The position numbers were made by a program, and so were the translations under genes. Shown one piece after another: positions 21,208 to 31,382 of a stretch of 35,855 nt of DNA. Source of the DNA: Parvularia atlantis. Lineage: Eukaryota. Position 1 is the first letter of the stretch. Every line of letters starts with the position of its first letter. The DNA lies in the NCBI GenBank assembly GCA_943704415.1, contig CALSCO010000311.1:1-35855 (forward strand). Reading direction: 5' to 3'. The notes below the pieces were generated by a model, which did no database searches, had not been told where the DNA came from, and worked only from the letters and a program-made list of their open reading frames with translations.

Positions 21208-22855
21208 TCAAAAGTCGGGCGGCACGGCAACCGAGCGCGCGAGCGCGGCCTTGAACGCGTCGGTGTCAAACGAGCCGTCGTCGTTGTCAAAGGGGATCCA
21301 CGGCCGGACGGCGGTCGACAGCAGGAAGCCGCGCGCGAACATGGTGAGGCGCTCGGGGTTGCGCAGGCGCGCGCACATGCCCGAGAAGCCGCTGCGCGAG
21401 GCGACGAGCACGTCGGCGATGATCTGATGGTGGATTGTGAGCACGAGCGACTCGTTTAGGTGGAACAAGACGCCCTCGAGCGGCATGAGCTCGGCAAAGT
21501 TCGTCTCGGCGTCGCCCTGCGAGTAGATGTGGAAGCGCACGGGCACGCCGGAGATCTCGGCGATCGCCGCGCGCATGGCGTTGATCAGCCTGACGTAGAC
21601 GGCATTGCTGGTGAAGCGCGACGGATTCTTGGACTCCTGGTTGCGCGCAGCACGCGCGTGTGAGGGGCCGGTAAGGGCGGGAGCGCAGCGCGCACCGAGA
21701 CGTCGCCGCGGCGGATATGGATCGCGACGTTGATAAAGGCCTCGTCAAAGCGCGACTTGATCGGCATCTGGCGCGGCGGCGTCAGCATGTGCACGAGAGC
21801 TCACTCACACGACGCACCAACGAGCGCGCCCAGGCGTACTTGTGCCGGAAACGCTCCTCGACGGCGGCCTGCTGCACGCCGACGCCGCGCGGGATGTGGG
21901 TGAGGTCGGTGTAGACGATGTTGCACTTGTCACGGTCGGCGTCGAGGTCGCGCATGAACATGTCGATGTTGCTTGTTTGGAGCGACTCGATCGGCTTGAT
22001 GGTGAGGCAGGGCAGGAAGCGCTCGCACGGCAACGGGACGGCGCCCTCGATGCACGCCTCGCGGTAGCGGAAGGGCTCGTCGATGCCGTAGCCGAAGATG
22101 CCGTCGAAGAGGTAGCGGTCGTTCTGGTTGGGCACGACCGGGTGATAAAGCAGGGTTAGGTTGAGGTGGTGTGCGGCGTGGAACAGGAGCTCGGTGTGGA
22201 AGATGTAGTGGCCGACGCGCGAGCCGCGGTCGGGCACGTGCGCGAGGTAGCGCCGGCACGCGCCGCAGTACTTGTCGGTCATGCGCTGGCGCTGCTCGGG
22301 CAGGGTGCGGCGCGCGAGCGGGTTGAAGCCCATCGCGGTCTCGTTGGTGATGGTCGCGCGCACGCCGTCGCTCTCGCGCAGGTACAGGTCGCGTGTGCTC
22401 TCGGTCTCGATCCCGACCGGGTACAGCGGCTCGGGCCAGACGGCGGCGTGGATCGCGCTGCGGTCGCGACTGGGCACGGCGCCGCGCGGCTTGTCGGCGG
22501 CGGCGGGTCGTTCCTGCTCGGGCGCTGGCGCAGGATCTCCCGATGCGGTCGCCTCGACGACGACGGCGGCGGCGCCGGGCGCGGTCGGCTCGGCGGCGAC
22601 GGGCTCGTCGGCAGCGGGATCCGCCGGCGGCTCGTGGTGGTGCGCGTGGCCGCCTCTTTGGTATGACGCGGGTGCCGCGGGTGCCGGCCGGCGCGGGGCG
22701 ACGTCGAGCGGCCGTCGCGGCGCGAGCAGCGTCGACGCGAGCAGCAGGACGGCGACAACGGCCAGCACCAGCGCCGTGCAGCGCGTGCGCCCGTGCGTGA
22801 GCGCCGCGCGCCAGCCGGGCTGCGTGGTTGAGCCTCCTCCCCTCCGCCGCGACAT
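21208..22855 (-). CDS. Type II membrane GT-B fucosyltransferase-like protein (NodZ/GT11/GT23/O-FucT superfamily), 2 introns
   Basis: Short basic N-terminus, TM helix (ALVLAVVAVLLLASTLL), Pro/Ala stem, VAIHIRRGDV (GDP-sugar binding motif), FHIYSQG and ADVLVASRSGFS. Confidence 0.68.
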
Positions 22856-22889
22856 CCCGCTGCCAAACAGAAGGCTCCAGATCGCGGCG

Positions 22890-22925
22890 TTTGGCGCCAA
22901 AAGGTTCAAATATTCGCGCGCCAAA
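22890..22925 (-). promoter_or_regulatory. E2F/CDE + CHR + palindromic E2F cluster in an 86-bp divergent promoter
   Basis: Minus strand reads TTTGGCGCGCG-AATA-TTTGAA-CCT-TTTGGCGCCAAA. Confidence 0.6.
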
Positions 22926-22941
22926 CCGGTCGAGCAGCGAG

Positions 22942-23987
22942 ATGAGCGCGCCGCCGGCCACCAGCAGCCCGCAGCAGCGCCTGCCACGCGCCGTGCTGCA
23001 GCTGGTGCCGCGCACGCCACAGTTGCGCGAGCTGATGGAGCGGCACGGGCACAACCCCAAGATCCAGTGTGTGGTCCGCGAGTTCAGCGCGACAGAGTGC
23101 TCACCGCGCGCGCCGCGCGCGCCAGGATGGCCGTGTCGCCGTACAAGCGCGTGGACCGCGTGATCAGCCACGTGCGCGAGCGCTGGACGCACAGCACAAC
23201 GCGGCAGCCGCTCGCCCGCACGACCCTGTGCCTGTGGCCGCGCAGCCAGTCGCCCTTCTTGCCCGAGGCCGCGCCGGTCTGCCTCGGCAGCACGACACGC
23301 CTGGGTCAGCCCGTGACCGTGCTGGACCTGTTCAGCGACGTGGCCGCGCTCACCCTGCCGATGGTGGTCGACTACGACTGGCATATGGTCGACGAGGACG
23401 AGCCGCTGGGGCCGTTTGAGCTCGTCTCGGCCTCGCCCGTGTCGCCGCCGCAGCCGGCCGGCGCGCTCTTCCCCGTGGACGAGGAGAGCCGCACGTTCCA
23501 GGAGCTGCACGCGCTCCTGCTGGGCAGCGTCGAGCCGCGCCGCGACTTTGCCCGCACGCTCTCGGCCCCGCCCACGGGGCGACGTGCCGCGGGGCGCGCG
23601 CCGCTCGAGGCGCTCGATCTCAACGTCAAGCGCGGGCCGGTCTCGCCGCCGACGTCGCCCGCCAAGCGTGCGCGGCCGCACGTGGGCGCGGGTGGCGAGG
23701 CCGATCTGGGCAAAACTGCGCCGGCCGACGCGCTGTGGACGAGCGGGGACAAGACCACGACCCCATCGCCGTGGAGCGCAGGCAAGACCACGCAGGCCGA
23801 CGCGCCGTGGACGGCCAGCGAGCTCGCACGCGCGCCGATGTCGTCGTCGACATCTTCGTCGACCTCGGCCGGCCCGTCGTCCGACTACGACCCGCCCACG
23901 AGCCCCCTGATCACCTGTGTGCAGAGCCCCCTGCCCCTGCCGGCATCGAGCGAGGACCTTCAGCTTGTGATGTCGTGGTTCTCATGA
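22942..23987 (+). CDS. Cramped (CRAMP1)/plant TKI1-like conserved-domain protein without a SANT domain, 1 intron
   Basis: Spliced N-terminus LQLVPRTPQLRELMERHGHNPKIQMAVSPYKRVDRVISHVRERW follows the L.L.P...GHNP.L...K...V..H...W pattern of TKI1/Cramped. A disordered S/T/P-rich tail follows. Confidence 0.6.
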
Positions 23988-24052
23988 TGATGCAGCATTG
24001 ATCCCAGTGCACTGCTGACAGAAACAACCAAGGCCGGTTGCACGGCCGCCTA

Positions 24053-25123
24053 TCATTTCGGCATGAAGAACTCGAGCACGCCCTGGACGTGCTCAGACGT
24101 CATCTCGTGTACGGCGTAGCACGCGTTGAGGTACTCAGCGACCTGTCGCTCGCGCCCGTGCAGCGTTCCTCCGACTGCCGTGACTGCCGCCGCGACCACG
24201 TCCTGCGCCTCACGCGGGTCGCGCACGACTTCGCCGCCGTCCGCGCCGCGCGACGACAGCAGCCCAGCCGTGCGCAGCTCGTCCACCAGTCGCGCGGCGT
24301 CGCCCGGCGGCACGTTGAGGCGCGCCGAGGCGTCGGCGACGGTCACCGGGCGCGGCAGGACGACTATCATGAGCACGCGCGCCGTCCCACCCGCCCGCAG
24401 CCGCGCCGCGGCCTCGGCGACCTCGTCCGGCGTGGCCCACCGCTCGTCGCGGGCCATGTGTACAAAGACCGTCGGCGGGAAGGCGCCGCGCGCGGCCATC
24501 GCGACGCTGCTCCCCGGCGAGACGTACACAGCCACGCCGGCGGGCGGCGTCGGCAGCGCGCGCGCCAGGATCGTCGCAAAGGTGCCGCCGCTCGACACGC
24601 CGAGGAGGAAGACGGGCCGTCCGTTGATGCGGGCGGCGTGGGCGCGCGCAAACTCGTCCATCGCCGCGCGCACGCGCTGGACGTCGACGTTGGCCGAGGC
24701 CGTGGGGATGTTGAGCCAGCAGCCGGAGCCGGCGGCGTCACGCGATGAGACGGCGAGGACGGCGAGGCCGCGGGCGAGGAGGGCGCGGGTCACGCGCTCG
24801 TGCTCGGGCAGCTGCAGCCACGCCCAGGCCGTGTTGCCACAGCCGTGCAACACGACGACCCAGCCGGCCCACGCGGCCTCGTCGTCGCGCGGCAGCACCC
24901 AGAGCGCGCCACCCTCGCTGGCCTCGTACGCGAGCGCCGGGCGCGGCTCCCAGTCGTCGCCGCCGTTGACGTCTGCTGCGCTGTCGGCCGCCGCCGCGAC
25001 GTCGTAGCTGTCGCCCGCGGCGAGTGGCGGCCCGCGCAGGCGCGCGAGGCCCCAGCGGAGCGACACGAGCAGCGCCGCCGCGACGAGCACGCCCAGGACG
25101 GCGTTGACCGCGTGGGCGCGCAT
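24053..25123 (-). CDS. Intronless N-anchored alpha/beta-hydrolase (uncharacterised family known to me mainly from plants/algae)
   Basis: Signal/TM helix, VVLHGC, LPEHERVTRALLARGLAVLAVSS..CW, GVSSGG nucleophile elbow, FPPTVFVHMARD, LNACYAVHEMTS. ATG at 25121-25123 chosen over the non-ATG start in the track. Confidence 0.75.
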   Translation of the reverse strand: MRAHAVNAVLGVLVAAALLVSLRWGLARLRGPPLAAGDSYDVAAAADSAADVNGGDDWEPRPALAYEASEGGALWVLPRDDEAAWAGWVVVLHGCGNTAWAWLQLPEHERVTRALLARGLAVLAVSSRDAAGSGCWLNIPTASANVDVQRVRAAMDEFARAHAARINGRPVFLLGVSSGGTFATILARALPTPPAGVAVYVSPGSSVAMAARGAFPPTVFVHMARDERWATPDEVAEAAARLRAGGTARVLMIVVLPRPVTVADASARLNVPPGDAARLVDELRTAGLLSSRGADGGEVVRDPREAQDVVAAAVTAVGGTLHGRERQVAEYLNACYAVHEMTSEHVQGVLEFFMPK

Positions 25124-25224
25124 CGGCCGGCGGACACAAAGGAAAAGAAAATGAACGACGAGAGCGCGGGTCAGTGACCACCAGCCGGGACTCGAACACA
25201 CGACCTGCCCAGCGTACAAGAAGG

Positions 25225-25233
25225 AAAAAAAAA
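25225..25233 (-). terminator. RNA polymerase III terminator (T9) of tRNA-Ala
   Basis: T9 run on the minus strand 5 nt after the tRNA discriminator base. Confidence 0.85.
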
Positions 25234-25238
25234 GGCAG

Positions 25239-25311
25239 TGGAGCCTAAGGGAATCGAACCCTTGGCCTCATCGATGCGAACGATGCGCTCTACCAGCTGA
25301 GCTAAGACCCC
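25239..25311 (-). tRNA. tRNA-Ala (anticodon CGC)
   Basis: GGGGTCTTAGCTCAGCTGGTAGAGCGCATCGTTCGCATCGATGAGGCCAAGGGTTCGATTCCCTTAGGCTCCA folds into a full cloverleaf with the G3:U70 Ala identity pair. No intron and no encoded CCA. Confidence 0.96.
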
Positions 25312-25374
25312 TCGGAACACTCCTCTAGCGTTACGTGGCGAGGTCGGAGAAACGCCCAAGAGTATCCCCTTGCG

Positions 25375-25446
25375 ATGGGCGGGCTGTCGTACCGCGCGTT
25401 CGCGGCGCTGCTTGTGGGCGCGGCGGCGCTGCTGATGTTCCTGGCC

Positions 25447-25496
<50 letters not shown>

Positions 25497-27383
25497 GAAC
25501 GCGGTGGCGGGCACGACGGCGTCAGAGACGACGCACGCCGACGCAACGCGCGCGACGCACAGCGAGGACCCGCACGCGCGCCACGCGCACCACGGCAGCA
25601 AGCACGGGCGCCTCGCGGCGGGGCTCTCGGCGCACGAGCAGCTGCTGCACGGGCTGCTCGACAAGCACGAGGCCGTGCTGGCGGCGGCGGGCACGGCCGC
25701 GACGCCGACCGCACCCGACCAGCTCACGTACATCTACGACGGGCCCCTGCCCGACCCGGCCGAGCTCTCGCTGCGCACGGGCCTGCGCGAGGGCTCGACC
25801 GTGGAGGTGCACGGGCGGCTGTACGGCGCGCTCATCATCGAGATCGTCAGCACGACGCAGGACGTGCTCGTGCACGTCAACGTGCGCCCATACCAGGACC
25901 GCGTCGTCGTCAACGAGCAGACCGGCGGCGTCTGGGGCACCGAGCTCGCGCTGCAGATGTTTGCGCGCGACGGTGCCGACGCCGTCCTCGCGCTCGACGT
26001 CAAGAAGGACGCCTACAAAATCTCGGTCGACGGGCGCGCCGTGGCCCAGTACGAGCATGTCAATGACCCAAATACCGCCCTCACGCTCTCCATCCGCACC
26101 GAGGCCGACCGCCCCAGCCCGAGCCTCGTGGTCAACCGTGTTGTCGTCTTCAACGCCCCGCCCAAGCGCGTCGCCGCCCGCGAGCTGCTCAAGGGCGTTG
26201 AGGACCGCGCCAACGTGCAGCCCCCGCTCTCGCGCGACCGCCCCGTGCGCCTCTTCATCGGCGTCATGAGCCGCCCGAGCAACATCATCAACCGCTTCGC
26301 CGTGCGCAACGCGTGGATGCTCCACCCGGAGGTCAAGAGCGGCAACGTTGCCGTGCGCTTCTTCGTCGGGCGCGACCCGGACAACGCCGACACGACGGCG
26401 GTGCGCGGGGCGCGCGCACGCATGCACACTTCGCACGCGTCTGACCGTGCGGCCGCAGCTCGAGGCAGAGATCAAGCAGTACAACGACGTCGTCATCTCG
26501 CCATACCACGAGGGCTACTACGAGATCGCCAACAAGTCGCGCCATATCCTTGAGGCACGCCGTGTGCCGCCACCAGCCCCGAACGCGCTGACACGCGCGC
26601 GCGCCCTGCCAGGTCGCGTCGACCGTGGTCAGGGCCGACTTTGTGATGAAGTGCGACGACGACACGTTTGTGCGCATCGACCGCATGCTCGAGGTGCCGG
26701 GCTACTGCCCCCCGATGTGCCATGCCTGACGTGCGCACTTCGCACGCGGGCAGAGCCTCAAGAGCATGCCGCCGGACAACCTCGTCTTCGCGACCATCTC
26801 TATGGGCGGCTCGCCCATCCGCGACCGCACGAGCAAATGGTGCACCACCGCGCGCACCGCCGCTGAGCACCGCTCACATTCCGCGCAGGTACATGCCCGA
26901 GTCGGAGTTCCCCGAGCGCAGCTACGCGCCGTTCCCGCACGGTAGCGTGCAGCACGCACCCCGCATCCCTCTCACGCGCGCGCTTGCAGGGCCTGGCTAC
27001 GTGCTCTCAGCCAACCTCGCGCGCGAGATCACCACGGCCTTCAAGGCGCACGTGCGACGCTGCGCGCCGCCTACACGCGCGCCGCGCACTCACGCAGCGG
27101 CGCCGCCAGGAGCTTAAAGCCCTGCGCCTGGAGGACGTCAGCGTGGGCATGTGGATTGACCGCGTGCGGAGAAAACTCGGTACGTGCACGGGGCCAAGGG
27201 TGTGCGCAGGAGATTGACGCACAATCGCGCACAGACCTCGCGATCAACTTTCGCAACGACCGCCGCTTCAACATCGGCAGCTGCAACAGCGGTGACCTGA
27301 TCGGGCACTATATCAACCCACAGCGCATGGTCTGCATGTGGCGCAAGGTCGAGAGCGACGACGCCAACTGGTGCTGCGGGTGA
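25375..27383 (+). CDS. Galectin-domain GT31 beta-1,3-galactosyltransferase (plant GALT1/Hyp-O-GALT architecture), 7 introns
   Basis: TM anchor, poly-Thr stem, galectin-like VLVHVNVRP..DRVVVN....GVWGTE. GT31 motifs LFIGVMS, RFAVRNAWM, VAVRFFVG, FVMKCDDDTFV, SKWYMPESEFP, HGPGYVLS, LEDVSVGMW, HYINPQRMVCMW...WCC. Confidence 0.88.
25450..25494 (+). repeat. Perfect (ACG)15 microsatellite encoding poly-Thr
   Basis: Fifteen tandem ACG codons directly after the TM anchor. Confidence 0.95.
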
Positions 27384-27499
27384 TGCGCGCTGCGGCCGCA
27401 AATGTGCAATGTTTCAGCGTTCACGCATGCGACCGTGAGCAGCGTAGGGTCCTACGGTCGCAGAAAAAAAGCACGCCAAAGGAGAACACGCTTCGCCTC

Positions 27500-29762
27500 T
27501 CACTTGCGCCGCTTGCGCGACGGGCCCTCGGCCGCCTCGCCGGACCCTGCGCGCTTCGTCGCCGGCGTGGCGTCCATCGTCGACGCGGTCGCTCGGCGTG
27601 TCGAGCGGCGCGGCGCGGCGTTGTCCAAGTCCATGCCGCTCGCATCCGCCGCGGAGATGGACGCCTGCTTTCGCCCGCGTCCGCGCGACGCCGATGACGG
27701 CGCAGGCGAGGCCGTGGGCGCCGCTGATGCCGTGGACGCCGCGGGTTTGGGCTTCTCGGGCGAGGCCCCCGGACGCAGCACCGAGATCGCCGGGAGCACG
27801 ACCGGGCGCGGCTCACCGTTCTCCGCGGGCGCGGGCGCGGTCGAGAGGGCCTGCGACAGCGTGACCGACCCGAGCTGGCACGCGGCGTCAGGTGCGCAGC
27901 TGCGCGCACAGCACGCGCGCAGAGTGCGCACCTGCATCCACGGGTGCTCCAGCGCCTGCTGCACCGTGAGACGCTTAGCCGGGTCGACGACGATCAGGTT
28001 CTTGATCAAGTCCTTCGCTGCCGCACACCCGGGCTGTTGTGTTAGCACATGCACACGGCAACGCGAGGGCGCACGGCAACGCGAGGGCGCACGCGCACCC
28101 AGCGGGCAGATCGCGTCCCACCACGGTGAGGGAAAGTCAAAGTTGGCCGTCGAGATCTGCTCCATCAGGCTCAGCTTGCGCTCGTCCGAGAACGGCGGGA
28201 AGCCGCAGAGGCTGCAGGCGCCGCCGCGCACTCAGGCGGCACAGCGACAGGACGGGCCTCCGCGCGCGCACATGATGTACAGGATGACGCCGAGCGACCA
28301 CATGTCCACGGCCTTGCTGTAGCCGCCCGTGCCAAACACATCCGGGGCTGTGGCGGCACGCGAGCGCGCGCGTGAGCGACCCGTCCCGCGCATGCACCCG
28401 CGCACGGCCGCACCGAGGTAGTTGGGCGTGCCGCAGACTGTCTTCATGAACGAATGCTCGCCCACGACGCGCGCCAAACCAAAGTCGCTGATCTTGAGCG
28501 GCAGGTTGTCGCTCTTGTCCGCGAGCAGCAGATTCTCCGGCTGCGCACGTCCGGCGCTGAGACGCGCTATGCACGCGCGACGTCGAGACGCACCTTGAGG
28601 TCGCGGTGGACGATGCCACGGTCGTGTAGGTACTGCCGTTGCGCCGGTCAGTCGGCCCCACCGCCGCCCAGCCCACCGCCCCCGCGCACCTTGACGCCGA
28701 GCAGCATCTGGCGGAATAGGCGCCGGCTCTGCTCGTCGTTGAACGAGCCCTTGTCGATGATGCGGTCAAACAGCTCGCCGCCGGCCATCCTGCGCCGCGC
28801 GCGCGGCACGTCAGCGTCGGCGCGCAGGTCGCTGCATGGGCCGCGGCGCGCACAGCTCCAGCACCAGGAACAGCTGCGCCTCCTCGTCAAAGTAGTCGAT
28901 GATGCGCACGAGGTTTGGCTGCGCTCGCTCGCGCGTCAGGGCAGGCTGCAGGCAGGAGCGCACAGCCGCCCGCACGTGTTGCACTTCCATCATGATCCCA
29001 ATCTCGCGCTCGATGCTCTCGAAGAACTTGGGATTGGTCCAGAACTTGGTCTTGTCGATCACTTTGACCGCGACCTTGGCGCCCGTGCGCAGGTCCACGC
29101 CGAGCATGACCTTGGCAAAGTTGCCGCTGCGTTCGGCCCGCATCGGATGCGGTAAGCACCTGCACCCGAACAGCGCGCGCCGCGCACCTGCCCAGCTCCT
29201 TCGTGAGCGCGTAGTGGTCCGCGACCTTCTGCTCGCATCGGCCGCCGCGTCAGCTCCGCGTCTTGTCGCGGCCGCGCCCGCGCGCACCCGCTTGGTCACG
29301 ACGGCCATGTCGCTCCCGCCGAGTTCGCTGCCGTCCTTGCGCTCGTGCCGCGGGTCGTGGAAGACGAAGACTGTTTGCGCGACGACGCGCGGTCAGCCAG
29401 GCGCAAGCAGCAGCAGCCTGGCCGCGCGCACCGACGTCGAGCGCCGCGTCGTCCGCGTCCAGCGGTGCCGTGCCGAGCGCAAACTGGATCTGGTCCAGGT
29501 CATGCAGCGGCACGCGCGCGCCCGCGGCTACGCGCCGCCCGTTGACGTACGTGCCGTGGGTGCTGCCGCTGTCCTCGAGCAGGACGGCGTCGGGCGGGGC
29601 GCAGACGAGGCGGCAGTGCCGGTTGCTGATGCGCTTGCCCTGGATCTTGACGTCGCAGTCGCGGTGCCGCCCGACCACGTACACGTCCTTCACCAGCTCG
29701 ACCGGGCCGTAGCGCGCATTGGACGGCACGAGCCGGCCCCAGGGCGCGGCGGAGGAAGACAT
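27500..29762 (-). CDS. FHA-domain Ser/Thr kinase, Chk2/Cds1/Dun1-like (CAMK group), about 11 introns
   Basis: PWGRL..VGRHRDCD..ISNRHC..LEDSGSTHGTYVNG (FHA); LGSGNFAKV, VAVKVIDK, HRDLKPEN, DFGLAR..FMKTVCGTPNYLAPD, VDMWSLGVILY and LCGFPPF. Confidence 0.85.
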
Positions 29763-29821
29763 CGCGGCCAGATAGCAGGAGTGATTGAACTCAACATACT
29801 GACTACGCCTGCGGATGCGTC

Positions 29822-31109
29822 TCACAACTTGGGCCGCGGCGCCTCGACGGCCGGGCGCGGCGCCTCGACGGCGGACCGCGGCGCGGCGACGGTCGGCGCG
29901 GTCACGCTCACGGTCACAGGCAGGGGGAACGACGAGATCGTCGGCGCGGGCGGCAGCGCCCCCGGCTGCGCGCTCGCGTCGGGCGCAAAATGGCCCATGC
30001 GGTAGATGGGGTGCAGCTGCTGCGCGCTCGACACGTCCTGTTTGCACGCGCGCAGCACCAGCACGATCAGCCTGCCTGCATGCACGCGAAGCAGCAGCGG
30101 CGTCACCTTGGCGTCCGCGAGCTCGCGCAGCAGGCCGTCCGAGATCGAGTAAATCCAGCCGTGCACGCTCAGCGGCTGCCCGCGCTCCCACGCGCCCTGC
30201 ACGATCGTCGTCGACACGACGTTCTGCACCTGCACCGGCCGCCGGCACCTCAGCACAACATACGCGCGGGCAACCCCCGCAGACGCCGCGCCGCACCGAC
30301 TGCATCACATTGAGCTCGCACAGGCGGTTGATGCACGCGTCCTCGTCGTTGATGTTGGCAAACTCGTGCTCGTAGCTGGCGGCCGCGCAGGGTCAGCCTC
30401 CCTCGCCGGGCACGTGCTGCGCGTGGCCACGTGCGCGCACCGCGTGAACGCGTCCTTGATGTGCCGCAGCCAGTTGTCGATCAGGCCAAACTTGGTGTGG
30501 CCAAAGGCGGCCTGCGCGCACGCCGTAAGCGCCGCGCAGCCCCGCGCGCGCCCCGGACGCGCCGCCGCACCCGCACGCCGCCGCAGCCGTAGTGGCCGCA
30601 GACGATGATATGCTCGACCTTGAGCACCTCGACCGCAAACTGCAGCACCGAGAGGCAGTTGAGGTCGCTGTGCACGACCACGTTGGCGATGTTGCGGTGC
30701 ACAAACACCTCGCCAGGCGCGAGGCCCATGAGCACGTTGGCCTGGGGGCGGGCAGCCGCGACACGTCAGCCCGCGTTCCCACGCGCGCACACTGGCCGCG
30801 CACCGGCACGCGGCTGTCGGAGCAGCCGACCCAAAGGTACTTGGGGCTCTGCTGGCGCGAGAGCAGCTCAAAGTAGCTCGGGTTGATCTTCTTGATCGAG
30901 TCGGCCCAGAAGCGGTTCTGCGAGAAGAGCTGCTCGCGGACCTTGACGCTGCGCGCGCTCGGCGCGACCGTGTTGTTGAACGAGACGTGCTTCTGCTGGC
31001 CCTGCTGCTCCTTCTGCTCCTTCTGCGCGCGCGCGCGTCCCCCCGTTGGGCCGCGCACGGACGGCCGTCGCGCACGCACCTCCTTCGCGGCCTTATCGCG
31101 CTGCGCCAT
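29822..31109 (-). CDS. Beta-class carbonic anhydrase, about 6 introns plus a probable 5'UTR intron
   Basis: [61 protein letters not shown] and VHGWIY. Confidence 0.93.
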
Positions 31110-31382
31110 CGCGTCTGCTGCTCACGTGCTTGGGGTAGCTGCGCCGCGACCGTGAGACGGGGCGAGCGGGGGCCCGGCGCGCGCGTTCCCGCCCACAGCA
31201 GCACCACCACCACCCCGCGCCCCCGCGCCGCCACCACGTGCCGCCACCACGCGCCAACGGAGCCGCCTCCCCCCCCCCCAGTCCGGGCCACGCGAACGTC
31301 AATCGTGCCGAAAGCGGCAAAACAGGTTTTCAGTTCGCCTCTGGTGCACAACAGGATTGATGATTGGCCCAGCATCATACAC

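Noticed and set aside
20865..21427. C-terminal extension of the 1348-aa ORF to 21427
   Set aside because: Read-through of a GT-AG intron. The spliced frame gives a Pom152-like end with stop at 21125, and the extension would overlap the antisense gene.
22272..22941. N-terminal half of the 571-aa ORF 22272-23987
   Set aside because: It is antisense to the fucosyltransferase-like exon. The real gene starts at 22942 and enters this frame after an intron.
25171..25359. 62-aa minus-strand ORF
   Set aside because: It is a translation of the tRNA-Ala gene.
28063..28103. Direct duplication of about 18 bp (cacggcaacgcgagggcg x2) in a kinase intron
   Set aside because: Adjacent slippage duplication with no element between the copies; not a target-site duplication.
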